Origin: Lama glama
Lineage: Eukaryota
Assembly (NCBI GenBank): GCA_028534125.1
Contig: CM052816.1
Span: 20,524,001 to 20,588,000, forward strand
Length of the DNA: 64,000 nucleotides
Reading direction: 5' to 3'
This document shows, one piece after another, positions 1-11,652 of this stretch. The notes under the pieces are model-generated. The model saw only the letters and a program-made list of their open reading frames with translations, searched no databases and was not told the DNA's origin. Position 1 is the first letter of the stretch. Each line of letters starts with the position of its first letter. Position numbers and translations under genes: made by a program.

Positions 1-119
1 CCTTGGGGCTGACATGGCTCTGACCCTTCTCTCTTCCACTGCCAGAGGCTGCGACTCTGGTTTCTTACCCTTCAGTCATCACAAAGCCTTTTCCCTTTGT
101 ATTGTCAGACTTTGGAAAA

Positions 120-659
120 CCCAGAGTAATGATAATGATTTATCTTCTGAAACCCTCCAATGGTGTCCCATTATGCTTAAGATAAAATCCAATTTCTTCC
201 CAGAGCCTACGAGGCCCTGTGTGATGTCAGCCCTGCCTGCGTCCCCCTCCCCCTCCCCACGCCCCGTGCTCCAGACGCAGTGATTTGCTTTCTTTCTGCC
301 CCTCAAGTAGAGCAAAGTTGATTCCACCAGAGCCTTTGTGCTCGCTGTTGCCTCTGCCTGGAAAGTCTCCCCTCAGATCTTGCATGGCTGCTGCCCTTCC
401 ACCACGAGATGTGCCCTTGGACAGTAACTCCCCAGAAGGGCCATCGCTGACTCACCTCAGGGAGCCTCCTCTTCCCTCCACTCTCCGTTACTTTGTTTTA
501 GTTCCTTCACAACAGCTATGATTATCCAAAATTGTCTTACTTATAGTTTACTATCCATCCAGTGAACTAGAATGTAAGCTCTAAGAGAAAAATAGCCTGT
601 CAGTTGGTTTCCACTGTACCTAAGGTGCCTAAAATATTACTGAATGAATGAATGAATGA
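120..659 (+). mobile_element. L2 LINE 3' fragment
   Basis: L2 3' motifs (gcctttgtgctcgctgttgcctctgcctggaa; ctagaatgtaagctc) ending in a (TGAA)n tail at 641-659. Confidence 0.85.
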
Positions 660-674
660 GAGTCATGATAGTAG

Positions 675-885
675 CAGTACAGTGTATTGAGCACCTATTG
701 TGCGTTAGGCTACTTACATTAACCCGTTTAATCATCATACCAACTCTAAGTGATTTGTGGTATTTCCCTCACTTTACATATGGGAAAACCAAGATTCATA
801 TAGCTTAAGTTCATTGTCACTTGTGTAGTACACATAGCAGCCAGGATTCAAACCCAGACCTGTCTGGCCTGGAAACCTACCACTG
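675..885 (-). mobile_element. MIR SINE
   Basis: Antisense MIR pattern: tattgagcacctattgtg ... actttacatatgggaaaacc ... ccaggattcaaacccagacctgtctg. Confidence 0.85.
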
Positions 886-957
886 TCTCTGAAGAACAAG
901 TGAATAGCTTACTATGTTGTCCAGTAGGTAGTCCCTAGCACTCTTGGCTCCCTGGCC

Positions 958-1052
958 TGACCTCCTTAAAGGTCCTTTCTGCAAACACAGTCACAATGGG
1001 TGTTAGGACTTCAACATAGGAATCTGGGGGAGGTGCAATTCTGTCCATAATA
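958..1052 (-). mobile_element. MaLR MLT1 (B/C-like) LTR terminal fragment
   Basis: caaacacagtcacaatgggtgttaggacttcaacataggaatctgggggaggtgcaattctgtccata matches the reverse MLT1 5' terminus. Confidence 0.7.
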
Positions 1053-1459
1053 CTTTCCATGGAAAACATTTTTCCAACTCCTTAGCTCTACCCGGCTGAT
1101 TAAAATACAGACGTTCCCAGCAGATGCCTCCAAGCAGAGCACTGAAATGTGTGGTCCCTGCCCTCAAGGAACTTGGAGTTTCAAATGATCAAGTCATTGA
1201 GTTGTATGCTCTACTAAGGACATGGAGCCTTTGGAATGAATTCTGGATGCCCCTGCTGACACTTCTGGGCTCTGAGGGGCCACCAGGGCAGACCCATGCT
1301 GAGAATGTGTCAATTGGATAATCGATTAGCTTAATTTAAAAAGTGGCAGCCACTGAAATATTAAATGTGAAAGATGTGCCTGAAAATCGTTTAGGCTGCA
1401 AGTCACATCACAGAGATGTCTGCATCAGCATTATGCCATCAGCTTTGTCCTCTGAAATT

Positions 1460-1830
1460 TAGGCAGAATGTGGAAAAGCTGGAGAGGGTCCAAAACCGAA
1501 CAACAAGAGTGAATTAAGGGACAGAAAATGATGCTGTGAGGTAAAGCGATAAGAGTTGTGTTTTTTTTTTTTAATTTTTAAAATCTCAGTGCCCAAGAGA
1601 TTATGGCAAATGGGTAATTTATTGTCTTCTGGGGTGGTTAAAAGAAGAATGCTGACCAGTTGTTTAACATTTTCTTGGAAAATTTAATAGACGTTATGGG
1701 CTCAAGTCCAGCAAAAGAAAGGTGGAGGAGGCAGAGAAGTGATCATGTCGATTTTTAGCATGATTCAATGCTGATTAGACGAGCAGGAGAATTGCGCTCG
1801 CGGTGGTCCTGTCCTGAAGGTTCTTTGTCT
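1460..1830 (+). mobile_element. CR1/L3 LINE 3' fragment, highly diverged
   Basis: gtggaaaagctggagagggtccaaaaccgaacaacaagagtg encodes VEKLERVQNRTTRV, resembling the CR1 ORF2 C-terminal LERVQRRATR motif. Confidence 0.65.
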
Positions 1831-2544
1831 TGAGTGGTTACTGTGCAGGTAAACTCAAGCCTCTCTTGCCTGGTGGAATTCTCGCTACTTAGTAACAACT
1901 TCCCCCACAGCTCTGTGTCCCTGTGGGGACTCTAGGGGCCTGGGGACCTGTATCCCTATCTCCTTTTGTGCAGTCTCTCCCGAAATATCCTCATCTTTGT
2001 CATAAAGGAAGTTTTATATCGTCTAATTGCCTCTTGGCATCCCTCCTAAGTTGCATCACTGTGCTCTTGGGACAACCCTGTAGTTTATAGATCTTGCTAC
2101 CTGGAGGCAGGAGATTAAAACAGATGACCTGTGAAGCCTCTTTGTGGCCAAAACATCCAGGGATGTTCTTACTTATAACTTAACAATGGGTGCAATATCA
2201 CAGTTGCTCACTCTGCCTCTCCATGAGGGGGAATTTAATAAAAATTCCTGCTAAGACATTAATGGCCACAAAGAGTTAATAGGGTCCCTCTTGGGGAGTT
2301 AATTTAATAAGAGTTTATAGGATAACGGGAAACAAAATGGAAAAGGAAATAATGTTTATTGAGAATCATTTTTCTTTTAACAGATAGCAGATTTATAAAG
2401 GAGACGCTATTGTCTCCACTTGTATCCTTTCAGTGAGTCCACAAAGGTTTCTGAGAGCCAGCCAGATGCCAGGCACTCACTCATAGGTGCAGGGGGCAGC
2501 AAACGTGCTGAGTTCCTGCCCTCGGGAACTTGCCATCCCTTGTC

Positions 2545-2945
2545 AACTAGGATTTACAATCACAAGTGACAGAAATCCACCACAACTGTCTTAAGCAAGG
2601 AGAAAGGGATGTGTAGCTGGAGAGGCCAGCAATTCCTGGCTCCAGACATGACAGGATTCAGAGCTCAATATGGAAGCCAGAGATGGCCTCTCCCCAGCTG
2701 CTTAAGCCAAAACCCCTCCTCTCACTGGACTGCCTTGGGTCTTAGGCCCATCCTCCAGTGCTCATTGTAGACGGAAAGAAAGACTGCACCTAAGGTCAGG
2801 TGGCCACCATTTTTTCCCCCTGGTTCTGGGGATGTGAGGACAGCATCCCCCAAAGGGTAGGGCTGGGGTGGTTACTCTAAAGCCAGTTCAAAGTACTCTC
2901 ACCCTGAGAAGGAACAGTGTGTGCTTGATGGGGAAAAAAGCAGTT
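2545..2945 (-). mobile_element. MaLR MLT1J/K-like LTR
   Basis: caagtgacagaaatccaccacaactgtcttaagcaagg ... ggctccagacatgacaggattcagagctcaa resembles the reverse MLT1J/K consensus. Confidence 0.7.
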
Positions 2946-3894
2946 ACTTCCCACTACACCAGAGAGGGAAACAAACTGTGGTAAGTTGAAATGATCCACA
3001 CGGGGTCACAGGAAGGAGCCGAGCTGGGCATTGAACCCAGTGCTTCCCCTGCACTGTGCTCCTTCGGGAAGCGGCTGGCTGCACTTTCCCAGCACTCTCT
3101 GCAAGAACAGTCTCCCTCCACATCAGTGCTTCCAGATGCCTCACATACCCTCACGCTTTCACTCTTCTGAACTGATCCCTCTTGTGTCTTGTTCTCTAGC
3201 ACCTAACTCTTTGTTTTCCAAAATGATGCATAATTCTAAATTATTATATATAATAAAAATATATGTATATGATACGCACACATATAAGTGACTTTTCATA
3301 AAAACTACCCTGTTTTTAAAAATCCCTCCATTGAATACTTTCTACCCTCCCTTTCTTCTGACCAGTGCCTGGGCTCAGCATGGCACAGGGAGCGAGCAGC
3401 CCTCTGGTTCCGGCATTAGACCCATGCTGGACACACAGTAGATGCCCGTGAATGTTTGCTGAATGCTGAAGCTGCTGTTTTATCCTCCTAGAGGACTGGG
3501 CTCCCCTCGTACCTTGTTTATGTCCCATGAGAACTCTGCCTGTCACTTGCTGCCTCGGTGTCTTCCCGCCCCACCCCTGCCCCCTGAAGTTGGGCATCTC
3601 AAGGGGCAGTCCTGGGGTTCTCTTCCCGGTGCAGCGCCCAGCACTCTGCAGTGTGGAGCCGTCACTCAGTATGGGGTGGTTGACTGGAATGGCTTCCTTG
3701 AGGCCGCCCAGGGGTCTGCAGGACTGCGGGGAAGTGTGCAGGTGCAGGATCTGCTCTGTGGGCTGGGACTCCTTGCTTTGATGTCCGATGACACTGTCTG
3801 ACAAGTTCTCAGCCCGTCTGCCTTTGCCCTGTCTTCCCCTCAAACCCTGTGCTTTTTAGTACTTAAGTAATACAACCACATTGGAAACAGAAAA

Positions 3895-3997
3895 TGTGGA
3901 AGGGAGGGAGGGGAGGAAGTGGGAAGGAGGAAAGAGACAAGAAGGGCAGGAGAGAAGGGAGAAGAGCAGAAAAAGGAGAAGGAAAATTGAGAGAAGA
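3895..3997. repeat. GA-rich low-complexity tract
   Basis: Nearly pure purine run (ggagggagggaggaagtgggaaggaggaaagag...). Confidence 0.8.
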
Positions 3998-5169
3998 AAC
4001 ATGTCACCTCTTTGGCTTATTTCTTTCCAGGATCTTTTCGTGTTCATCTGGTTTATGTTGTTACTTTTTTTTTAACACAGTGGTGCCCACAGTCTAATTT
4101 AGCTGCTTGTTTATCCCAAGTAATTTTATGTAATTTTTTTCTATAGAAAATTTCCCCTCAATCTTCTGTAGCAGCCCTTGCCGGGGCTGACACCCACATC
4201 TGCTGCCTAAGTATGGTAATTAGACCCAGAATGAATGCGTGTCACTTGTGGGGTCGCAGGCCCTGCGCCTTCTCCTTCTGATTAGTAGACCCTAAAGATG
4301 ACTGATTTTGAATCCTCGTTCCTGACTGTGCCTCTTAGAGCAGGAAGGATTCTTGCTAAACAACAAAATTCTCTGTAAAAGGCAACTTGCTGGGGAAGGA
4401 GGGGTAATATCTGGTTGGAAAAGTACAGCTAGTTATTGCCTGGAAAACGCCAGAGGAGTGCCGGCACCATTATTACCGCCACTGCCCGTCTCTGAAAGGC
4501 ACGCAGCCGCCTCAAAATAGTCGAGTCCACTGGGTTCTCCTTTGCATCGCTACTTTGGGGAGAGCAGACTAAGAAACACGCCCCTAGGTGACTGGGGACA
4601 GAAAAGCCCACGGCACTACCCAGCACATGGTTCCCAGGGCAGGTGCCAGGTCCCCCACTGTCTCCAGGTGTGCTGGTCTGGGAGGGAGCCAGCTGCAGGG
4701 CGATTGTTCGTGCCCACTTACCACTGTGCATCCAGAGAGCAGTGGGCACGTCCTGGCTCTTGGAAGGGAGGCTCTGGAGAGGAGAAGTGGTGTTGGTTTT
4801 TATGGCAACCCAGACAAATGGTAGCCTTTGGAAAGTGCCATAAACGACCTTGAACAGTAAGGACAAGCAGTGGAATGTCACAGGCAGAGGCCGGAGAGGG
4901 GACCCCATCTTTGCTTGGAGGACCTTGGTCCCTGCCTGATAAGTGAGCCTTGGAACCCAGAACTTGGTTTTATAAAAGTCCCCCCACCCCCACCCCCAGG
5001 TCTCAGTACCTTTATCTGTAAAATGGTGCTACTAATAGTCTTTATTCTCTCTCTGGTTTGGCAAAAGACTCAGAAAGGGACTAACCATATACAAAGATGA
5101 CTGTCCATTTTGTTGCATGCCTTAGTGGTCAAGGAATAATATCCTTTGTAATTGAGCTTTGAAAGAGCT

Positions 5170-8100
5170 TCTCATTTGTTTTCCGTTTCCAAACTGATAT
5201 ACCTGTATTTTGGTCAATTTGGAAAACAGAAAAAAACGTTTTCGACTACCATCAGGACATTAAACACCATTACTGTTTGTATGTATGTCCCATCCAGGCT
5301 TTTTTTTACCCTATGCAGGGGTTAAGGGTAACAAGCGTTTCGTATCTTGTACTTACATCCTCATCTCTGCAGTCCCAATTTTTCCTTAACATAGAATTTT
5401 AATGGTGAATCTGTTGGAATTTGGAGCAGCATATTTGCAGAGTTTGAGATCTTTAGAAACATCGTGTCAAAATGCCATTTTAAGAGATTATTTTAATTCA
5501 CATCTCTACTAGACATTTAACATAATTCCATTTTCCCCTTCCTATCCTTTGCTGGGTGTTAATATTTCTAAAAATCTTTACTAATTTGATAGTATAAAAG
5601 TGGTATTTCCTTGTTTCATGTGTCTGTCTTCGATTGTTGGTGGCGATGAACATGTCTTCGTCTGTTTATCAGCACTTGTATTGATTTCTTTGCAGCTTGG
5701 TTGTTCCTTTGCCCTTTTTTTGCTCACGTATTTTTCTTTCCGATTCGTAAAATAACATTTTAATATATTAAAGACATTAGCTTTTCAGCATATATTTTGT
5801 AAATATTTCCCCAATTTGTCATTTGCCTTTTAATTTTGCTTATGATAGGTTTGGCATGTAGAAGGATTTTGAAAATATTTATTTAGTCAAATTTTTCTTT
5901 TTTTTTTCTTTAGAGTATTTGCATTTGCTTATATGCTAGAAAATTCTTTCCAAACCAAAGATAATAAAACATTGAGTTACACTTTCTTCTAATACTATTA
6001 TGATGTCAGTTTTTACATTTTTTCAGTCTGTGGAGAATTTAATGTTTGTTATGAGGTAGAGATTTAATTATCTCCCATGTGGTTAACTAGTTGTCCTAAC
6101 TGAATGGCACGTCCTTTTTTCTTCACTTTGAAATGGCACCCTTATCATTTATGAGTTTTCCTTCCTGGATTTTCTCGTCTGTTATTTTGATCTGTCTGCT
6201 CCTACTCCCATATGCCACTGTTTCAGTTTTCCCTAGTTTTACAATGCAGTTTAATGTTGGGTAAGTATACCCTATACTTTCTGAAATATTTTTTTGAAAA
6301 ATTTTTTCCACATGCATTTGAATAATCCTTGTTATGTTCCAAAAAAAATCCTATTGGAGGTTTATTAGAATTGTGTTAATATGAGTTAATGTAGAGAAAA
6401 TTAAAATTTTTGTAATATTTCATTTAATTGTCTCTTATTTTTCTCAATAAGCTCTGATAATTTTCTTCATATGTGTTTAGCACATTCCGTAGTCATTTCA
6501 TGTTTCTGATTGCTATTGTAAACTGGATTTTTTTGGCCATTATATCTGTTTTTCTGTTAATTTATGTTGTAAACAGTTGCCTTACTTCCTAATATTTTAC
6601 TTTATTCCTTTTATTTTATTACTTCCTAATAAGTTCTAATGGTAATTTTTTTGAATTGCTGATGTTTTCCAGAAAAGAGATTTTTTTTTCTTCTTTCTTG
6701 TTTTTTGACTGCTATTTTATTTTCTTATCTAATTGCAATGACTAGACGTTGCTAAACACAAAGTCATAATTTATAGTATGCAGGTGTCTGTCTTAATTCC
6801 AAAAGTAAAGGGAATGCCCCTAAGTAAATCACAGTCGAAAATTATGTTGGTTGTTAATTTGAAGTCAATAGTATTTATCAAATAGAGCAAGCATCATATT
6901 CTTCCTTTTCAGTAGGAGCTTTACATTAGGAATGTCTTTGGAACTTGGTCAGCTGCCTTTTCTACATCTGTTAAGTGGTTTCTCCCCTTTGAACTGTCAA
7001 TATGTTGGCAAAATGGTTAAGAGTGTGGGTTCTAACAGCATGGATGGGGCTGGAGGGTATTATTTTTAGTGAAATACATCAGACAGAGAAAGATAAATAC
7101 TGTATGTTTTCACTTACATGTGGAATATAAAAAATAAAATGAATAAATGTAACAAAACCAAAACAGACTCACAGATACAAACTAGTGATTAACAGAGGGG
7201 AGAGGGGTTGGGGAAGGGGCAAAATATGGGTAGGGGAGTTAGAGGCACAAACTACTAGGTGTAAAGTAGTTAAGATACAAGGATGCAATGAATGGCACAG
7301 GGAAGACAGCCAATGTTTTACAATAACGTTAAATGGAGTGTAATCTATAAGACATTGGACCACTATGTCATATACCTGAAACTAATATAATATTGTAAAT
7401 GAATTATACTTCAGTAAAAAATATGTTGGCAGTTTTTTTAGCCTATCAGCCAACATAATAGCATTTATTTAGATTGATCTATTGTTTATATAGTCACATG
7501 TCTTACTGAGAGCTCTTTTATTATGTCAGGAGATATTAACTTTCTTCTCCTGGGTTAGTTGTATTAATACTGTATTTTCAAGCCATGCATTTGAATGAAG
7601 AGTGCATGAATATTCTATTGTCTGAAATGTTGCATATCCAAGAATATAATACTTTTCTACATGAAAGACAACGTTCCTGTCTATGCTTCTTAAATAAAAT
7701 TATTTTCCCTTACAACCGTGTAGACATTGCTCCATCATCTTCTAGTATTTTGTGTTCCAGAAGAAGTCTCCAAGGGAGGCCTGATTTTGTTTCCTTGCAG
7801 AAAATCCGTTCGTTGTTGTTCTTTTATTTTCTTCTTACAACACTAGAACCACTTGTACTTTGCTTTTGTTATTCGTATGTTTTGTTTTGATAAGTATAGG
7901 TATATGTTTCTTACGATTTTTTTCTTCTGGAACATGGTGAGCATTTTTAATCTGGGCTTTGATCTTTAGGAAAATTTTCCTCCACTATGTCTTACTATTC
8001 GTTCTGGTTGGTCTTCCAGATGGTGTGTGTGTGTGGATCTCTGTCTCCTGCCCTGTCCCTCCGTTCTCTCTCTTCTCTTTGCTCCTGAAGTTCGTCTTCT

Positions 8101-8195
8101 GCATCGCTGATTGCGTTTTGTACCATTTCAGTTCTGCTCTTTCCTGGCTCCTATGTGGATGTTCGTTATGCAAATTCATTTCCTGCTTCTTAAAA
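5170..8195 (-). mobile_element. Ancient L1M (L1ME-like) LINE, degenerate, interrupted by a younger L1
   Basis: T-rich antisense L1 3'UTR/ORF2/ORF1 motifs (aagtggtatttccttgttt; aaatatttccccaatttgtcatttgccttttaattttgcttatg; ttcttatctaattgcaatgactaga; agaagaagtc...cctgattttgtttccttgcag). Confidence 0.85.
7034..7419 (+). mobile_element. 5'-truncated L1 (ORF2 end plus 3'UTR) with 12-bp TSD
   Basis: aacagcatggatggggctggagggtattatttttagtgaaata...cagacagagaaagataaatactgtatg, a G-rich tract and an A-rich end; AATATGTTGGCA repeated at 6999-7010 and 7420-7431. Confidence 0.92.
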
Positions 8196-8199
8196 ATCC

Positions 8200-8472
8200 C
8201 TTTTTCAACAAAAACAAAGCATAAATACAGGACAGAAATAGACTCATGGACAGAGAATACAGACTTGTGGTTACCGGGGTGGGGGTAGAGGGTGGGAAGG
8301 GATAGACTGGGATTTCAAAATTGTAGAATAGATAAACAAGATTACACTGTATAGCACAGGGAAATATACACAAAATGTTATGATAAATCACAGAGAAAAA
8401 AATGTGACAATGAGTGTGTATATGTCCATGAATGACTGAAAAATTGTGCTGAACACTGGAATTTGACACAAC
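8200..8472 (+). mobile_element. Young camelid-type L1 3'UTR, cut by an assembly gap
   Basis: gacagaaatagactcatggacagagaatacagacttgtggttacc...gtatagcacagggaaatatacac...aaaattgtgctgaacactggaatttgacacaac; resembles recalled camelid L1 3' ends. Confidence 0.85.
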
Positions 8473-8572
8473 NNNNNNNNNNNNNNNNNNNNNNNNNNNN
8501 NNNNNNNNNNNNNNNNNNNNNNNNNNNNNNNNNNNNNNNNNNNNNNNNNNNNNNNNNNNNNNNNNNNNNNNN
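8473..8572. other. Assembly gap (100 N)
   Basis: Run of exactly 100 N. Confidence 1.
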
Positions 8573-9889
8573 TCTCCTGAGGTGCAGTTTCTCTTCAATT
8601 TTCTTCTGAATCCTAGAATTGATCATTTTCTGATATGACTCTTGAGGCTGATATGCTCTTGATGTGCAGACTCCACCCTTCACCCATCCCCACGCCTTTG
8701 CCTCAAGCCTCCTGTTGGATTTCCGTCCTTTACTCATCACTGAAGGAGGAGCAGTCCATGCCCACTTGTTTGCCAGCAGACAGTGTATTCAGACGCTCCT
8801 GTCCTGTCTGTCCACAGGGGCAGCTGAACAGACTCACTAGAATCCAGTCCCATCTGCAGCTCACGATGAAGGTTTAACCAAGTCTATCTTTTAGTCCCAC
8901 TGGCTGCTCCTCTGAAGTGCCGGACATGTGGACGGGTGCAGAACAAACTGCTCCCGGAGCTACTGCTGCTAGGATCTCTGCTCTCATACACTGTGTCAAA
9001 ACGAATTCAGTGTATCACTGCTTGTTCTGGTAGGAAGCCTTGTTCTCTCTGGCCAAAGGAAACGATTTAATTTTTGTCCCATATAATAATTAATAAATCA
9101 TGTTTATTTATGCAAAGAAACAGTTCTGCCCTGTTAGAACACATATTATTTGAAAACATATGTATTTGTATTTATGTATGTGTGTAGATATAAACATGCA
9201 CACACGTATCTATATATGACATAAAGTTTAGGATTCAGCATCACAAACAAAATGCCCATTCCAAATTGGGCTACCAAAGGCGCAGCTCTCTGAAGGCGGT
9301 CTATGAGATTGTAGAAAATCTCATCCACTTTCTTGGTATCACCTGTTTAATGTAATCCTATCTCTGTGTTGACAACTAAGGCTACTGTCAGCATGATGCG
9401 CAAGACCCATTGCTCTTCCTCCTGAGTGTATAGGTGCCTGAGCACAGTATGTGTGTACACGTGTGTGTATGTGTACAGGTACGTATTTATCTTTCCGCAG
9501 CACATAATGCATAGTTTATGATACAGAATGAAAAGGGATTAAAAAACAACCACATGCTGCCTGAAGTACTGTTGAGAATCTGTAACAATATAATTGAGTG
9601 ATACGTACTGTGAAATCTGATGTATTAAATTTGGGGGCGAAGCACCGCATTATTCTGTGTCAGATCTCTCTGTTAAGAGAGAAATTGAAAAAATATATTG
9701 GACAGGAGCCGATTTTAAACCCCATGTGTCCCGTCCGGTTGAGCGGCAAGCCCCCTCAGTAAGACCGCTGATCTTTCTTCCTACAAGGCTGTTCACTGCC
9801 AGCACTGTTGGCCAGTCAGAAGCCTGCGAGCTGCGCGGGCACCTGTATGATCAGAGCTGAGTTTCAGCCCACCACTGCCACTGCCAGCT

Positions 9890-10260
9890 GGCTGTGTTCC
9901 CTCTGCCCTGAAACTTTTCTTTGCCTCATGGCTTCTGCTTCCTCGTAACTGAGGCTGCTCTGACCCTTCTGGGTCCCATGCTCCCTCAAGATCTATATTA
10001 ATGCTTCCTCTGAGTCTCAGATCAGGGGCGAATTGGTTTATGCATTTGGTGTTTATTTCAGTTTAAATTCCTAAAACAGAGACTCTAACTGGCTCAGCTC
10101 ATCTCTTGGAATATGTCACTGGAGAGGTTGTGGATTTGCTGCCTTTGGGTCATGTGTGCTCCCTGATCCAATTAGCTGTGGTTATAGAAAGGCACAGGGT
10201 ACAAAATGTGGCTGCCTACTGGTATCCTTTTAGCTGGATCTGCGGCTGAGATAGCTTTCC
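9890..10260 (-). mobile_element. Old MaLR LTR (MLT1L/M/N-like)
   Basis: tttgggtcatgtgtgctccctgatccaattagctgtgg ... acaaaatgtggctgcc is a hallmark of reverse old MLT1 LTRs. Confidence 0.5.
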
Positions 10261-11424
10261 TCAGAAGGGGCTGTGGTGTGGTAAGAACAGTGAGCAACTG
10301 GACTGGTGTCATGTGCTAGCCACAGGAAGGGAGGGGGCTGAGCACAATTGTGTAAGTCTAGATTCTCGTCCTCAAGGATCTGGTTGGAAAGGAAAAAGGT
10401 CACATGCAGCTCCCTCAGCTAATGAAGCTGGACATCTCAGGCTTCTTCTGGTCACGTCCTGTGCCAGGGACACGAGCCCTTGGTAGACCACCCACACTCC
10501 ACACAGATGCCAGCCTAGCTTGTGGGGGTCCAGAGGAGCCTGGCCCCCTACTAGCACAGCTGTGCTTGAGATGTCCTTGAAGGTGCAATCTCTGACCTTG
10601 CTGGAACTCAGGAGATATATCCCAGGCCCAGCAACTGATTCACAAAACCTTTTGGAGGTGGACCTGAGAGGTGACCCAGCAGCAGAATCAGCAGTTGCTG
10701 CAGAGGCACTGGAAGAGGGGCTCCTACAAAGGCTGCCATGCCCAGAGCTGGACAAGAACCTTCTTTGGTGGGTAGCTGACTTCCCCGACCCTGTTGCACA
10801 GCTGGATTCCAAGGCCAGAAGAGATGGGCAGCAGAAGCCTCCCATTGTGGGATGCAGCTTCTGCTCTGACCCTGCTCTTGGGTCCATTCTGTGACTCTGA
10901 TGGAGCTTCCTGCCTTCCAGAAAAGTCTCCCTGGGGCTGCATGTAGGCAGCGCCCTTAAGTAACACACATTCTAAATTTTGTTCCCGTTTGTCTTTAAAA
11001 TGTTTTGTTTTCTCCCAATTCTCTTGGAGTAAGAGATAAAATCTGGGTAGGGAGCTGAGTCTGTGGTTTTTCCTTCTGCTGGGAAAATTGATCATCCTAA
11101 AAACCTATGTGGCCTGTGCTCGGGGAGGGCTGGGGACGTTGCTGGGTAGGTACAGTAATAAACTTCTGGAGTCATAAATTTATCGGAGCAAGCTGACAGG
11201 AAGGTATCGTCTGGCCAACATGAGCTTGTGGCCCAACCTGGGAATATTCATGCACGGTCCTTGGGATTTGAAAGGTACTATTTTATAGAGAAATGGGCAA
11301 AATCTCATTTGACTTACCACTTGGTCTTTTGGGGCCAGTGGCTTTGTTAATATGTGATGCCAGCAGGTGGTTTTGTATACAACCATTGTGTCCAGGGCTT
11401 GGTACAGGCTGTAGTCTGTAGGTA

Positions 11425-11652
11425 GGACTTCAGCATTGAGAGTCTGGAAAACTAGGCTCCACAGTCCGTTTAACTCTGTGACCTTAGAGCAGTTGGTTAA
11501 CCACACTGAACTCAGCTGCCCCAACTGTAAAATGGGGATGACACTCATGTTTGCCTCATACAGTTATCGCTAGGATTAAAGATGATATATACAAATACCT
11601 TGGCACAGGGCCTGGCAAACAGTGAGCCTTCAAATCTTAGCTACGATCATTA
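11425..11652 (+). mobile_element. MIR SINE
   Basis: ctgtgaccttagagcagttggttaacc...ctgtaaaatggggatgac...aggattaaa...ttggcacagggcctggcaaacagt. Confidence 0.88.

Noticed and set aside
10372..10968. Overlapping 198-aa (-) and 124-aa (+) ORFs
   Set aside because: No recognisable domain and no convincing flanking splice sites; such lengths are expected by chance in GC-rich DNA, although a BLASTX would settle it
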